Source: Acanthaster planci (taxonomy: Eukaryota). Taken from it: a stretch of 64,000 nt of DNA. The stretch covers positions 620,001 through 684,000 of the forward strand of contig NW_019091361.1 in assembly GCF_001949145.1 (NCBI RefSeq), read 5' to 3'. Both the position numbers and the translations under genes were made by a program. The notes under the pieces were generated by a model, which was not told the DNA's origin, searched no databases, and saw only the letters and a program-made list of their open reading frames with translations. Shown here one piece after another: positions 13,046-27,389 of this stretch (positions within the stretch are counted from its first letter, which is position 1; each line of letters begins with the position of its first letter).

Positions 13046-15395
13046 TGGACAAACCAGAAGGAACAACATTTATATTAAGGGAAATGCTAGAATGCTTATT
13101 TCATAATTTGAAATTGACAGTCATGCTTGAAACTTTCATTTACAACACAGCTGGTATACATAGAGTAACCAAACTCATCCATTAGCTTCAGTTTGTTTAA
13201 GAATACAAAGTCTGGCCTGCTGTCAAATTTGTGTTCTTGAGAAGGTTTCTTCTTTCAAAATTTGTATTTCAAAGTCAAATTGACGTCTCTATTTGACACC
13301 AGATATATTGATCTGTATCTGCAAAATTGTGTAATAACACTCAGCAATGCCATCGGTCAATCAAATTGTGACATTTAACATAAATTTGGAAGAATGATAA
13401 AAGAATTCAATGTTCTGCAACTTTAAAAAGACAGACCTACTACTGAAGGATAAAGAACTTTTTTGAAGAGAGAAAAATTGACGACTCTCCAGTGAAGAAT
13501 GGCACCAGAGTCGTTTAATGACACGCTGGGGACAACACAGGTATGAAATGTGGCTAAATGCTACGTCACTACCACCATTTATCATTCCAGCACACAACAT
13601 TCACTCCTTCAACAACTTGGAGTCCAGCTATTTCAACAATGCTGAACTCAGACAGACCCTCAACCAGCACTGTCCCAAGTTAACTTCAGGGAATTAGGGA
13701 TGTTGTCTCTTGAGGACCTGTAGGAGGAGGAGAAGGATTTTGTGGTGGCAAGAGGTACCAAAGAATTTCTCCTTGGGGAGGGTTATTTTTACTGCCATAA
13801 TCTATCTTCACTCATCTCACTTTATTTCAAAACATTCTTGTAATAGCTTTCTTCTGCTGACTACCCTGAATTAGTAGGCAAATGTACATAACCGAAAATT
13901 TAAAATTTCCTATCACCTTTTCTATGTTCAATATTTTTTTTTTAAAAAGTGTTCTGCAAAGTTCTCTTTTTCAGTGACAACTTGTAACTGTTGTGAAAAG
14001 GTTACATTTGAGGGCAGCATAGATCAGTTCTTTTATGTGTCAACCATGACTTCAAATGCTTACCTCATTCAGTTTACCAAACCACATCCACATATCAGTT
14101 ACTTTCAAAGGGCACTTACTCTTCCAGTGGAAGTCAAAATGTTTGAACTGACAATAACACCTTCGAACTTCATACAAAAAATTCCACAGGTCTGAGACAA
14201 CTGAAAACAGCCATCTACATAACCTAGAACAGTTTTCTTGCTTTTTCTCCTAAAAAAATCTCCACTTCCATGTTTCATAAATGCGGTAAAATGATCATTG
14301 CAGGTATTTCCTTACTGATGTTATTCAGCTAGAGTGAAGTCTTTTTTTTTTACCTGAAAAGCAAATTTTGGAAACCAATCAGATCATTCAAACAAGTTAT
14401 CTGACATTACTTCTTATAACATCAAAATTACAGTGAACAAAAAGGTTCAGATAGCAGAAAAAAGTCTTACAAAAAAGGCAAGCGTCAAGTAGTTTTAGAA
14501 TTGACGAGTTTGCAATTTATTAATTATCAAGGTAGAAATCTGGTAGCATTCACCAGGGTATTTACCAAGCCACCTCTGATTTGTTGTGACACAAATTCAT
14601 TACAATTTGGCCAATGTCCTCTGCACTACTTTCCACTCAACTATCAACCTTGGCACAAGTCTTCTTGAGTAAGTTTATGAAGGAAAACTCCTGATGGATG
14701 AAGGATTTTGTTCCCCATTGTTTCAATTACAAGGTAATAAAGCATGAATCACTAGTGTGTGCTTGCCATCTGCCTGTGAACATGTGCATACATCTGCTGA
14801 TCACTACATAGTAAATTTCATGTTATAAAAAACAGGTTTGCAAAACTGAAAACATTTATAAATCACAACACTTAAACGGTATCAATTACAAATTACCTGA
14901 CAAAAGAATCTCTCAAGAAGAAAAAAATGGATTTCATCCACATCAAAAGAGAATTTTCATCAACTTTCAATTAAGGAAAAGACAAAACATAAATCTGGGT
15001 GCTTGGACAAGTAATGGTGCATTTTCATTGTCTGCTTAACAGATCACATGAAACTTACTTGAATACTTATTCCCCTCTAGGAACTGGAAACAATCTTTAA
15101 GTGTTGTCATAAAGTTATAATAAGCTATAAAGTGTCCATGTTGAAAATCCATTTCCAGCAAACAAAGCGACATCTTTCAGCAATGCATTTGTCACATGGA
15201 GAATGTTTAAAGAGCAGGCAATCTGGACACAGTACACCCCCAAATCTTTCAATGGTAAAGGCCTAAATTACATGTTCTTCCTCAGCAAAGAGTGCTTAGT
15301 AGATAATGCATATAATATCTGAATACAGATGAGCTAGCCATACATGCAGCTAGCTATACTTGTGACACCCTCCAGTCAGTAGCTGGTACATCCTA

Positions 15396-15411
15396 ACACT
15401 AGGTGGCGCTA
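15396..15411 (+). promoter_or_regulatory. CTCF-like motif
   Basis: ACACTAGGTGGCGCTA, near-consensus. Confidence 0.6.
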
Positions 15412-18400
15412 CAATACCATGGCTATTATTTAACCATTCCTTCCTCCATGACCATAGGGACACTTAATGTTTACAGCAATCAGTCCTTAGTGAGAACAAA
15501 CTATAACAATGACTTAGAAAACAAGAGGACAAGTTTAGTTTGTACAAATGAACAAGGATATTAAATCAACTTTTCCAGCAAACACACATTAACTTGTATA
15601 CCCCACTTCCTGTGGCCAACTTAATCAAAAGGGTTGGAAAAAATTTTCCATTTCAATTAAGAGTATTAGAGTATTCTATTTTGGGATATACAGAGAGGTA
15701 AATGAAGGGTAAGATTTATTTGACAATTAAACTTTGCTATTTCTCAAAACAAATGACAAAGTATAGCCTTTATGATCTCTTCTCTTGCATAACAGGAAGG
15801 ACAAAGACATCCAAAAAAAAAAATCTGGGGGGGAGGGGCCAGAAGAGAGGAAAGAAGCACAAAGAAGAAGCAATTTCACCACAGCAGTATACATTACAGA
15901 GCTGCTCAATCATGAGCCACATTGACAGAACTCCTTACAAAGGTGCTAACCCAAACTGCCTTCCTTTCTCTAGCCTAATGAATTCAATAAAGCGTTGTTG
16001 TCTGTGTGAAGTGTGTACGGGAGACTTCCCCCCCTGACATGTTTACTTGCAGCCTGCACCTGGCATTTAGTACATACACACACCGCAAATTTGTATTTGT
16101 TTATGAAATTGGAATCTGAAAATGGGTCGTGCAAAACGTGTACACAGAGGGACGAAAGTGGGCAAATTTCATTCCACAATTCCATTGTGGTGAAGGAGGA
16201 GAGTGCTATACTTTGGCTTCACAACTTTTTTTTTTTCATCCTGGAAATTAATTCTATCCGTGAAGCAGTGATCCACATGAGATGGAAATCTTTAGAAAGG
16301 AGAATTTAATCTAGGCAATGGCATACTCTTTCTAAAGCATCAATGAGAACAAGGAATAAGGTTATCCTGGGAGGGAAAAGACCCAGGGATAAGGGTTGCA
16401 ATAATCTCAAGCTTTAACGAACATTTAAATCTAAAAAAAAAACCTGCTCAGGAAATCTGCAGTAAAAAATAAACGTGTGACCAAGAACAAAAAAAAAATG
16501 ACTCAAAAGATGTAAAACAGCCTGATCAAAACCTATGAAATGACAAATTGATTACACATGACATGAAGTTTAAAATCAATACAATTATGATTTGTAAAGG
16601 TCCATACATGCATCCAACGGCTTCATCCGTAAGTTTGAAAATTAACAAGAATTTGTGATTATTAAGCATCCAACAGACTTCAAGAAGACTGAATCTGTGA
16701 TTCATGGCTCCTGTATGTCAATCTGTCAGTCCACTCAGAAAAGGGCAACTTTTTTTGCCTGCTTTAATGTAACTGTGTGGTTGAAAAATCGTGAGTTTAT
16801 CAAGCTCTGTCATTATCCTGTCATTACCAGATACTACTGTACACAAGCGTGAAGCCTGGAGGTAATTTATTGCAGAGAGTTGAACGTGTACGCACTTCAC
16901 CGATCAGAACACGACACTAACATAGCTCTGGCACAGACTCGTATACAGAAGACTAGTGAGACGGCAACATCCCCTCACCTCCACTAGCCCTAAAAAGAAA
17001 AGAAACATCCTACGAATGCTGCGCCAATTATTTCTATGTTTATTTGGAAAATTTGAGTAGGCAAATGCTGACACTGGCCTCAGGCAGGACATGACAAAAA
17101 TGACTTTATACATCAACAAACATTCAGTCTCTAGATGTTTATTTTCTTAAATCATGTTTTGAGAGGCATCGACTCCAATTGAAAAAAAAAATCAGATGCA
17201 AAACAACAAAACATGTCAGCAGTCAAGACTACTGCACTTTGTTTCACTTAAAAAAAAGGACATAGGTTTGCTGAACAAAAAAATGGGGGAAAACCTGCAA
17301 AATTAATTAAAAGAAAATAGACCTTAGCACAGTCCAAACACTTTGCTTCTACATGTAATTAATTATAGGTACTTCAGATTAATTTTGCTAACACAAGGAA
17401 ACAATTCTTTTACAAAAAAACCCAGCATAGACATGTAAATTGTTTCAGCAAAATGGAACAAAAAGCAACAAGAAACGTGGTCCAAACCACTCATCTGACA
17501 ATTAATTGAAGTCCCAATTCAGAAATTTGTTTCACACAGAATTTATAATGCAATTTACATCCGATGTCAATTCACTGAGGCTGTTGAAGCAGCCAGTCCA
17601 AGCCGCAAATTATCTCAGTAAACATTGGCTTAGAATGATTAGGCATTGCTTACCTACCAACACAACCCCCTTCCCCTCCAAAAACAGCCAAGATGCAGGC
17701 CCAGCACTAGCCACAAAATTCAATTAGTCATGTGCCAATGTATCCGTTAGGCTGACACGTGTCCCAGAGATTTCACCTTAGATGCGTATTAATTTGCCAC
17801 TCGTTCGGACGCCTTTTGCCGCAGTGCTGTTAGAAATATGAACTCTATCCCTAGCAGTCCCATTGGTTAATCAAGGCGCAAACTGTGAATCTTAATTATC
17901 GCTCAACCTCGACTGAAATGCGTAGCACATTGGTCTCTGTGATTGTGCCTGTCACATTTCATGCTTTGTGCATGTAGCTTTTGGGCATTAGTGTTCACCA
18001 AATGGCAGGATTTATCGCAAGGTGCAAAACCAGAGTTCCCTTCCCCCATCGGCAAAACTACGGTATGTCTGGCATTTCACATGTGCAACGTGTTGCCAGC
18101 AACACCCATGTCATTTTTTCACACTTAGGAATGGAGGTCCACGTGAAGATTTTTGAGTGACAGAAGATGGTCTGATAAACATGGCACATACTAAACCAGT
18201 GTGCTACCAAGATTTTCAGACACTGCATTTGAATGAAAATAACTCCAGAAAAAGCAGAAATTTCATGAGGATCTTTCACCAATTCTTCTACTTCTGTGAA
18301 TCTTGTTTTTGTGTAGGAAAAAAAATACTTTTAGTAAAGGCAGAATAATGAACAGGCCTTCAAGAAAACGCTGAAAGAGCTTGTGTTGATATGAGTTTCA

Positions 18401-18892
18401 TGTCTACAAATTCAAGGCAAAATTAAGGAGAAAAAGGAGAGGGAAGCTTCACCCTAATCCCCTTAGGAATATGTAACATCATACTCAAATTGGAGAATTG
18501 AGGACTGTTAGGGTTAAGGTAACACCAGATATAAGTTTTGATAGGGTGCTTTAAAAAATTAGTAAGAAAATTGGGGGGGGGATAAATCAATTTGAGCACA
18601 GGGCAGAGAGAATTGACAAAGGTGTGATTTGAACCTTCAAGTGCTGCACCAACGCTCAATAATGGAAATATCTCGTTGTCCACCAAATGCTCAAAGGACA
18701 AGGAAATCAGAGCTCATTTACTTCACACACACACAATGTGACATAACTTTTGGACATCGACCATTTTCTTACCACTTTTGGTATTTGTGAAATTGTCCCA
18801 CCAAGATATGTTCAGACAAGTTGTCCACAATTAATGTTAAGGGTCAAGTCCCATAAGCAAAGTCCTGTTGTCTTTACTATGGTTCTTGTGCT

Positions 18893-18925
18893 TAAGACAT
18901 TTACATGTAAGACATTTACATGTAA
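18893..18925. repeat. Tandem duplication, 15-bp period
   Basis: taagacatttacatg twice, followed by taa. Confidence 0.85.
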
Positions 18926-21380
18926 ACTATGAGAGTGTGTTTTCGTGTGGCTCTGGTATACATGTATGCTCAATTAACAGCTAAAAATGACAAAATGATA
19001 CTGTGTTAGTAAAACTTCTCGGACTTTTGGGGCCTAATTTCACGCTCTGTGTACACATACATGTGACACTGGGATATTCCCTGAATTACAATACCAGAAA
19101 CAGCAGTTGCCGTGAGAATGCTTAGGCTTTGAATGCATTGATTTCCATGGACCACTTCTGCAAAGAAAATGTGGACGTTGATAGTACTGCTTGGTGAAAA
19201 ATGACGTCATGATGGATAAGAAAGAGGTCTGGATATCAGCAGTGAAAAAAAAGCAATGGACTGAGCAAGCAAAGTTATCTATTGATGTAAAAAAATGCAC
19301 TATTGGCTTGATGACCAAGGGCAATAACGGCAAAAGGCACTTTGATCTTTGTCAAAAACACTCTGCACATTGTGACTTGATCCTGCAAAATGAGTCCAAA
19401 AAATGTAGCACCAAGCATGATAAAGAGCACCTGAACTCTCTTTTGTTTTGATCAGTTTGGCATGAACTTTGAATTCCTTTGAATTTCCACTCTGCAAAGT
19501 TTTTTCAAAGCCTGTAAATCAAAAGTACCGCAGCTCTGTTGACTTGTGACTTTTTTTTTTCAGGTTAGGTCAAAATTTTTCTCAAAACTATCTTCACTGA
19601 ATCCATTTAATGGCACAAAAAAAATTCTCTGAAACAAACAAAGCCATATCCTTGATGCTACTGGTCAATATTCAGGCATGTAACATTCTGCAAACACAGA
19701 AAAAAACAGATGTTAACCCACTCCAGAGCAGGAAGCAACACAGCAGAGTCAACATTAACCTCGCCACTCTCTTGTTTCCAGATGGTGCAAAGCCTTCTAA
19801 ACATGTACGAAAGAAACAGATTGAGAAACCAGGAAAGACAAAGAGTGAAAACGTCTAATGTTAATACACGACGGTACAAAAATCTTACACAAATGATTCA
19901 CACAATCAATACTACGCAAAGGTGTGTAAGCCTGTCAGACACATTTGCTGACTTCTTCCTTCCTTCTGTTAAAATATTCCCACAGGTACCGTCAGAAAAA
20001 TTAATTCATTTAGTTCATCTTGCTAGTTTGCATCACAAAAATGCCAACAGATCATTTTGATCTTTTAAAGCAAAAAAAAAAAATTTAAGATTAAAAAGAC
20101 GCTTTAAAAAAAAACGTTGACTGTGATAGTATAGCAGATCAATGTTTCCCAGATGGTGGCTTTTGAAAGTCTTTTTTTTTAAATTCATACAGGAGACACT
20201 CAAGAAACATCCTGATCTGAACCATGCAAACTGGAGTAGGAACCTGCATCAATGTATTGATTCATGTACCCATTAAGGCACATGGCACTACCACAACTCC
20301 CAACAGTCAACCGATGAGTCACTTGCAAGAGGGACAAACAATTCCCAACTGGGACCTAGACTGCAAATGGGTTGCACTAATTGAGAGGAACTATAATTGA
20401 GAATGAAGGTTTCAATCTCTGTGTTCCTGTTTTGTATTCCGCAGACGGCTGTCTCCAACCTCTCTGCCTTTCACAGCCTCCAAAAATAAATTTAACTGAA
20501 GACAGTACAGATGTAATTCATCATAATATTTTTAAAGGAAAACAACTTGAAAAATTGGTTTCCCTCCTTTACTAAAATCATATTTCACACTTCATAGTAC
20601 AGAATAATTGTCCTAAAATTGCCTTATTTGTTCCGTTCTTTTTGTTAAGTACTGAAAAGATTAAGTCTTCTCAGCAAGTGAAACTTTCATTTTGGCACTT
20701 CTACTTGTCTGTTTTGTTTCATACTAACCTAAATTTAGGCTCTAAATGAAAATATGGGCAGGAATTCTTTTCTTTTTTTTACTGAGGTATCACTTCTGGT
20801 ATTCGGGAAACTCTGAGACGCAATTGCCAGAAATTCACTGCTAGAGAGAGCACAAAGGCAACTGACAAAAAATCTGACAAGGACTTTCAGGGGAGAGGGG
20901 GTAAATACAAATTATCAAATTTTGAAGACTAAAAACTAAGTTTCAGAGACCAAAAGTGAGACAAGTTCATTCCCAAAAACCTGTTAACAGACAGACTTTT
21001 AAAATAAGACGGACAATGACTTACAGGTACCTTCAGGGAAAGCATTCACTCTGCTGTATATTCACATTAATTACACATATCTATAAATTAATCTCCCATC
21101 TCATTTCAAAGATATTCCCATGATGAAAACTATTCTCAGCAAATTCAGTAACCAATAAATTCCAAACAAAAGTCCCAATGGATCCACCATTCATGGTCAT
21201 CAAATACACCAGAAAATGAAATTCCCTAAATCAGTAGTCAGATTTAAAATAATTGAACAAAATATATCTTAATGGAAATAAAGCTCTTTAAACTTCAACA
21301 CTTTTCTGTTGCTCTTGAAAAAAAATCTCTGGATGGAAAAACCGCATTCAAATTATTTTTAATTGGCATTTAATATGTTC

Positions 21381-21396
21381 TCACAAGAGGGCGCCA
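21381..21396 (+). promoter_or_regulatory. CTCF-like motif
   Basis: TCACAAGAGGGCGCCA. Confidence 0.55.
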
Positions 21397-21460
21397 CATC
21401 TATCTACTTGAGTTCAAGAGAAATCATCACAACATGCAGAAGTTCACAGCTAGCTCTGAA

Positions 21461-21474
21461 CAACAGAGGGCGAC
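21461..21474 (+). promoter_or_regulatory. CTCF-like motif (weaker, 80 bp from the previous one)
   Basis: CAACAGAGGGCGAC. Confidence 0.35.
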
Positions 21475-23022
21475 GTTTTGCCTGTGTATTAAAGAGGAGA
21501 AGTGAGGAACATTTTTTTTCTGATTAGACAACAGTTTTGTGTGTACTTCATAACTTCTTTGATAATTTAATGCCCACACCCCATAAAACATCCGCCATCA
21601 AATATACTACACGTTCCTCTGTACTTTTGGTTTCTTTTTAGATGAAAGAATGTATTTTAATCCAATGGTTTCTGCTCAGTAATGCATTAAGCCGCAGAAT
21701 TTGTACACTTATTAATTTATATTATTTCAGTCACAGATATTCTCAAATATGCAATAAGATTTTCTGCCCATTCCTAGTGTCTACATGTCCCTTGTTACGA
21801 TCACTCAAACCATCAAAGTCTCCTTTCATTGTTTATTGGCTCCTTACAAAATACCCTAAACTAAACAAATTCCAACCTTTAGCAAAAACAAATTTTTAAC
21901 TTGTCTCCATCTAGCCAGTACTAACCAACATCGTCAACATGACGTGTCTCCCCTCAACCTCAGGTCTACCGTTACTGAATGACAAACATAGACATTTTCC
22001 CTTCCCCATTCTTGCCTAGCCAACAAGCAGGCCCCAGTCATGTTTGCCTGCATACATTGACCAAAATCTCACAAACCAATCAACCACATTTTCAAGTTCC
22101 TCCCAAATAGACCCAGGCCAAGTTGACAAACATGAGAAAATATCGTCTTTCTTTGGTCTAACGACTCTGTCTTGTTCGTTATTTTTTCTGTTCCTAAAAA
22201 AAAAAAAAACGGAATTGCAGCCTCTTCCATTTCAGTATTCTTATTTCTGTCACGGACGGTCTTGTTAGTGGCAAAGATTCGTGTGGACAATCAGCGTTTC
22301 TATTCAAACATGATTTGACAAATGACGACAAGTATAAATTGACCACTATAAATGTATTTTGGAGTCATCGACTGTCTACTTTGGCTGAAATACCAGTAAG
22401 GAAGGTCCAATTTCTTTTTTTATCTTGCTCATTTCTCTCTTTGTTCGTATTATGAGGAAGACAATTATACACAGGAGAGCAATGTTCTGTGTGCATAAAT
22501 CAACTTACTCTATCCTCACCTCCAATTGAAGACAACCAGTCAAGGTTATAATTTGACCATACAAAAAGCAGCCACAGAAATATGACATAAAACCAGACTT
22601 TTCCATTCCGGTGAGCCATATTTGCCCTTTTGCACTTTCCTTGTTTCTTAGACCAAAAGAAAAGATATCCTTTTCAAAATATTTGATAAAAAGCTATTTG
22701 GTTTTTGTTACAGAAAAAAGAAGTAATGTTTTGTTTTATTCATGTAAGCGTCAGGCTAACAATTTTTGAAAAGGCATTATCAACCAATATGGAACAAGCT
22801 TCCAGCTTCAGTTGTGGCTTTTAAATTTATAAAGAATTTTTTTACAGATTTTATATTCAATGACAGTAGACATACCGTAAAATTATATGCAGTCATCACT
22901 GGTGTCGTGAGCACAACTCATCAATTCCATGGTTACATAAAGCTACATGTACATGTAACTGTAAAAAAGAAAGTCACTGGATAGCCACTTTGAATGACTA
23001 CTGAAAATAAATCACCAGTCTA

Positions 23023-23036
23023 ACACTAGAGGGCGT
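23023..23036 (+). promoter_or_regulatory. CTCF-like motif
   Basis: ACACTAGAGGGCGT. Confidence 0.5.
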
Positions 23037-25669
23037 ATTTCTCCACCACACACACGAAAACATTCGGAGATTATTTACAGATCTTCCACTCACATACAAA
23101 GAAGGTTGACTTAGGAAGTATTTGTTTAAACATGTTCAGATATGCAACACACGACTATATCTTGTAATAAGGATTAGAGTTGGTATCCAATTCACATCCT
23201 CCATCAAGGACACCTGCCAGTTCTTTGTTGCCTTTTCCAAAAGGTGAGAGGATGAAGCAAGAACCTGTTCCCAACCCTAGATCCCAGACACCCTTACTGC
23301 AAAACGAGGTCACTGAGGAGCAAGGTAAAGACTACACCAGGGCAACAACCATGCCACTAGCAAACATCACCCTGAGTCATAGCCTGGCCTAAGGCAACAT
23401 CAGCCTGGGTCTCCCAATAACCACCAGAAATCTGGCCTTCTTCATATCAGACTACAGATTGATGAGTTACACGTGACACTCCGCCCAAGAAAAAGAAAAA
23501 AAGGAAATCCTCATCAAACCAGAGTCTGATCTTCATCCCTGTGAAATTCATTATGAAACAACTGCAGGTGGCATTAATGAGTCGACCCAGATTTTGACCT
23601 TCACCTTTCCTTCCATCATTCCGTGTTTGGAGCTCAATCATTTCAGTTGGAAGCTGATATATTAAAAAAGAATTATCATAATTGGAGAGGGTTTGGTTGG
23701 GCAAACGGCCCAGACAGCCAACAAACTGACAATTTGAACACACAGGAATCTATAGCAGAAGATGAAGACAAGTCGGCATAGAACAAACACTGCTTTACTG
23801 CTTGCCAAGGCTCACTGCAGGGTTCTTATCTATACAATTGAGGTATCCACCCTTTCTGTAAACATCCATTCAAAGACATCATGAACCTACTCCAAAAACT
23901 TGAATGCAACTTGAGTGGGATTCAGACACTACCCCTCTCTTGTGCAACTGTCAAAAAATAAAACCTCAACTGTATAAATCAAATGATTATCTTCACGCCA
24001 CTCATAAAAACAATTATTATTTCATGAAGGACCAAGATGAGGCACACATAGCGGATCATTTCCATCACACTTTTTAATTGTATCATTTTCATTCCAGAAA
24101 TTCTACCAAAGCTACACACATTTGGGGAAAAAAGCAATTCTTTACTACAAGCTTCTTCAGAACCAAGATGAACAGCTGAATTGCATGATTTTTATCGACA
24201 GGCAATTTCTGTTGGCGCCGTCATGCTTCTAAAATGATGTTATCTGAGAGAAAAAATGTCTTACTTAATAAAACCACTCTCCAGAAACATTTGTACAATG
24301 TCAGGACTCTGAAAAACAAGTCTATCTAATGGCAGACACATACAGTGGAATGAAGCGAGTTTCAAACCAAGTCTAAGAAATGACAAAAATCTATGCTAAT
24401 GCCTGATCGTGGAAACAGTGTTAGATCAGGGCTCAAATCTTTGATAATGATATTTCCCTCAGCTGCTAATGTCATCAGGAAGAGCATTTTTTAATATGTC
24501 TGCCTTACTGCAGGAAGTGGAGAGGAAGTGAGGATCATTATAGAATGATCCCAGTGCTGGGCGTTATGTGCGGCACAGGAAAAGTTGCCGATTACATCAT
24601 CATTTTATGTGGTTGTTACATCCGGCAAACCATTAGCAATGTGCATGTCATGTCAAAATGTAACATATCACCCTTTCTTCAAAGTCACATATTCCTTCCG
24701 CACAAGTTTACACTAGTTCTCATGTTTTTTTTAACATCATCGCACCAGAAACTTTACAATAACTGTGCATCTCAAATGCAGAGAATTTTGAACATTACTC
24801 TTACAAATGGCTGACACGGCTTCAGTCTGCACCTCATGGCAAAACAACAGTATATCCCTGAGGATGCAAAACCAATGGCTTAAACTTAAAGTGTGGGCTG
24901 TGGACAAAGTGTAAACTAGTCAACCAGGTGTCAGTTGTACGGTTGTCATTGGCAGGTGGGTACTCACACTTGGTCTTCAAGTCTCAGTGAAACAGTGCCC
25001 TCTACGTTCATGCAGGGAGGGATAACAAAAACAAGACTTTGGGTAAATATGAATAAATGCTACCCCAGAGACCCCTTGCATTACAACATCTGCAGCCCAT
25101 GGACCCTTTCCAAAATGTTTCCTTAATGTGACTGATGGACTTGTCTGCTTATAGGTCACACAATCCCTGTCCAAGGCTCTTCTTGTTATCCGAATAATGG
25201 CTACATCCTGGCTTTAAGGACTCAATAACGTGAAGCATCATCAGGAGAGTCCAGACCTCACTGGAGACTGGCTCGATATGCTACATGTCCGAGAGGAAGT
25301 AACCAGTAACCAGTTGCCAGGGCTCAGCTGACAAGGAACAGACAATCATTACCTATCATCTGCACCTCTTGAGCCCATGAAGAGCCCCGGCCTAGTCATC
25401 AAACCACTGTCATCATCCCTTTTCAGGCTTGGCTATCCACAGATTGACAGAGCTAATCAGCTGGGGATGGAGGAAGATGGTCCTCAAACCGCTTATATGC
25501 TGGAAAGGCCAGGCCTGATATTGATTACACTCATTGATTCAGTGAGTATCATTTCCAGCCAATGTGGTAGAAGGATCAGAATTGAGTGGATATGGAAGTA
25601 TTCATAATGTACATGTACATATAAATACCTTTAGGTTTTGTGGATGCCTTGAAAAATCGAACAGAATCT

Positions 25670-25734
25670 AACAGCAAAGCATAGAGACAGCTGAATCCAA
25701 TCAACAGTAAAGTATAGAGCCCACTGAACCCAAC
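25670..25734. repeat. Degenerate tandem duplication, 33-bp period
   Basis: aacagcaaagcatagagacagctgaatccaa versus aacagtaaagtatagagcccactgaacccaa. Confidence 0.7.
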
Positions 25735-27389
25735 AAGATCAACACCAAGTCACAGCAATAACACAGTCTCGTCTTCTTATCAATGAAAATTTATAAAATT
25801 GTTCTACGTTTGAAACTGATGGATTCAGCAAGTACAGGTTTTCAACTTTTAACCCTGAGAAAGTGTGCAATAAAAAACTTTAAGAGTGGATGAAAAGTGT
25901 CCCTCTAAACTGCTCTTGCAGTTAGGACATTTATTTGTTGCTATTAACATTGATTTGAACATTGATTGACACTTTCATTATCTACACATGTATGATATCC
26001 ACTATCTAGTAAATGTCAGATGAGCCAAATCCTAAAACATAGTCACATCCACAAATGCCAACCGAATTCATAAAACAGAGACATCTGGTCAAATATGAAT
26101 TGCAAAACCTAAACCACACCAAACATCCTCACAGCCTAAAGGCAAAGCAGAACATGGTCACCAGAATGTCAGCCATGGGCAATGAAGGCAACAGTACGAC
26201 AGGCTAACTAATACTGAACACAAGAGGGGGCACTTCCTTTCTAGTAGTTATTCAAGACCAATGCAGTACATGTATGGATGGGTTTTACTCAAAGAAAATA
26301 GTCTTGACGACAAGTCATTTTTTGTTTCTTGGTGTCCTCCACCAATCTAGACAATATGCAAAGTAAAAATTTAAACACAAAACATTGTAATTTAATTTTC
26401 ATTCTGACTGAAAAAAGTTTCATTATGAATATTCATACAGTGCATACAAACTGGACTATTTAGCAAGCAACCATGTTTATGCATGCAAGAGGAGGTATCA
26501 GATCTTTCAATGCTGGGAAACAGATTTAATGCACCTCTGCATTTATAAATCCATATACATTATTTTTTCCTTTGAAAAGTGAATATTCTGAAAACAATTC
26601 AGAATGATATCGGAAGGAAGCTAAAATATGTGACCAGGTAAGTACAGACACTAAAAGGTATCATGTAGACATTTTGAGTTTGGTTTAATCACTCTTTATC
26701 TAATTGTTGAATAACACGGATAGTGAAGAGATTCAACAATTCTGTGGCATTTTATCATTTAAAAAAAATCATGAAAGAAATAGTAACTTCTGGTCCCAAT
26801 TGGAACCAGGAATAAAAGGACCCATTCTACTAACATGGTTTTAGAATCAACAATTTCCAACATACATGCAAGTGGTTGATATGAGCAATGTTGATCGCAT
26901 TTTCAAGTGTTTTGTACTGGGCAAACGTAAGGTTACTGATCAACTCAGACGCCTTAAATTTTAAGTTTAAGTTTAAAGTAAGACAAGGCATCAAATTTGT
27001 AAAGTAGAACACTTTCAACCCTGTGACAACATGTGCAGCAATCTATACACAAACACTGGCAGAATTCTCATTTGCACATGAAACCCTAAAAATACCAGTG
27101 TAGTGGGATATTGTTCATAACAGATCATAAATGAGTTTCATAAGCCAGCTTGCAAATTCCTTCGAGGCAAATACAAATTCTCTCCCAGGGGAAAACTACA
27201 TTTGAATTGCAGATGAAATGGTCGATTGATATCTATGATTCCTTTTTCTCCAATCGTCTACGAACACTGCGTTCATTCTCATACCAATCTCTAGAGACGT
27301 CTAGACTGCACATACATGTAACATGTAGATACGCCTTCAAAAAGTTGGGACACAATCCATTCATACAGAGACAGCCTCTGTTGATTAAC

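Noticed and set aside
19123..19514. Possible short TIR pair aggctttgaa / ttcaaagcct
   Set aside because: Only 10 bp long, with no target-site duplication.
19549..19570. Plus-strand acceptor-donor fusions (ttttttttttcag|gttagg here, tttgcag|gtagaa at ~56399)
   Set aside because: The donors are weaker and lie on the A-rich strand. They are noted as a measure of chance background for the recursive-splicing idea.
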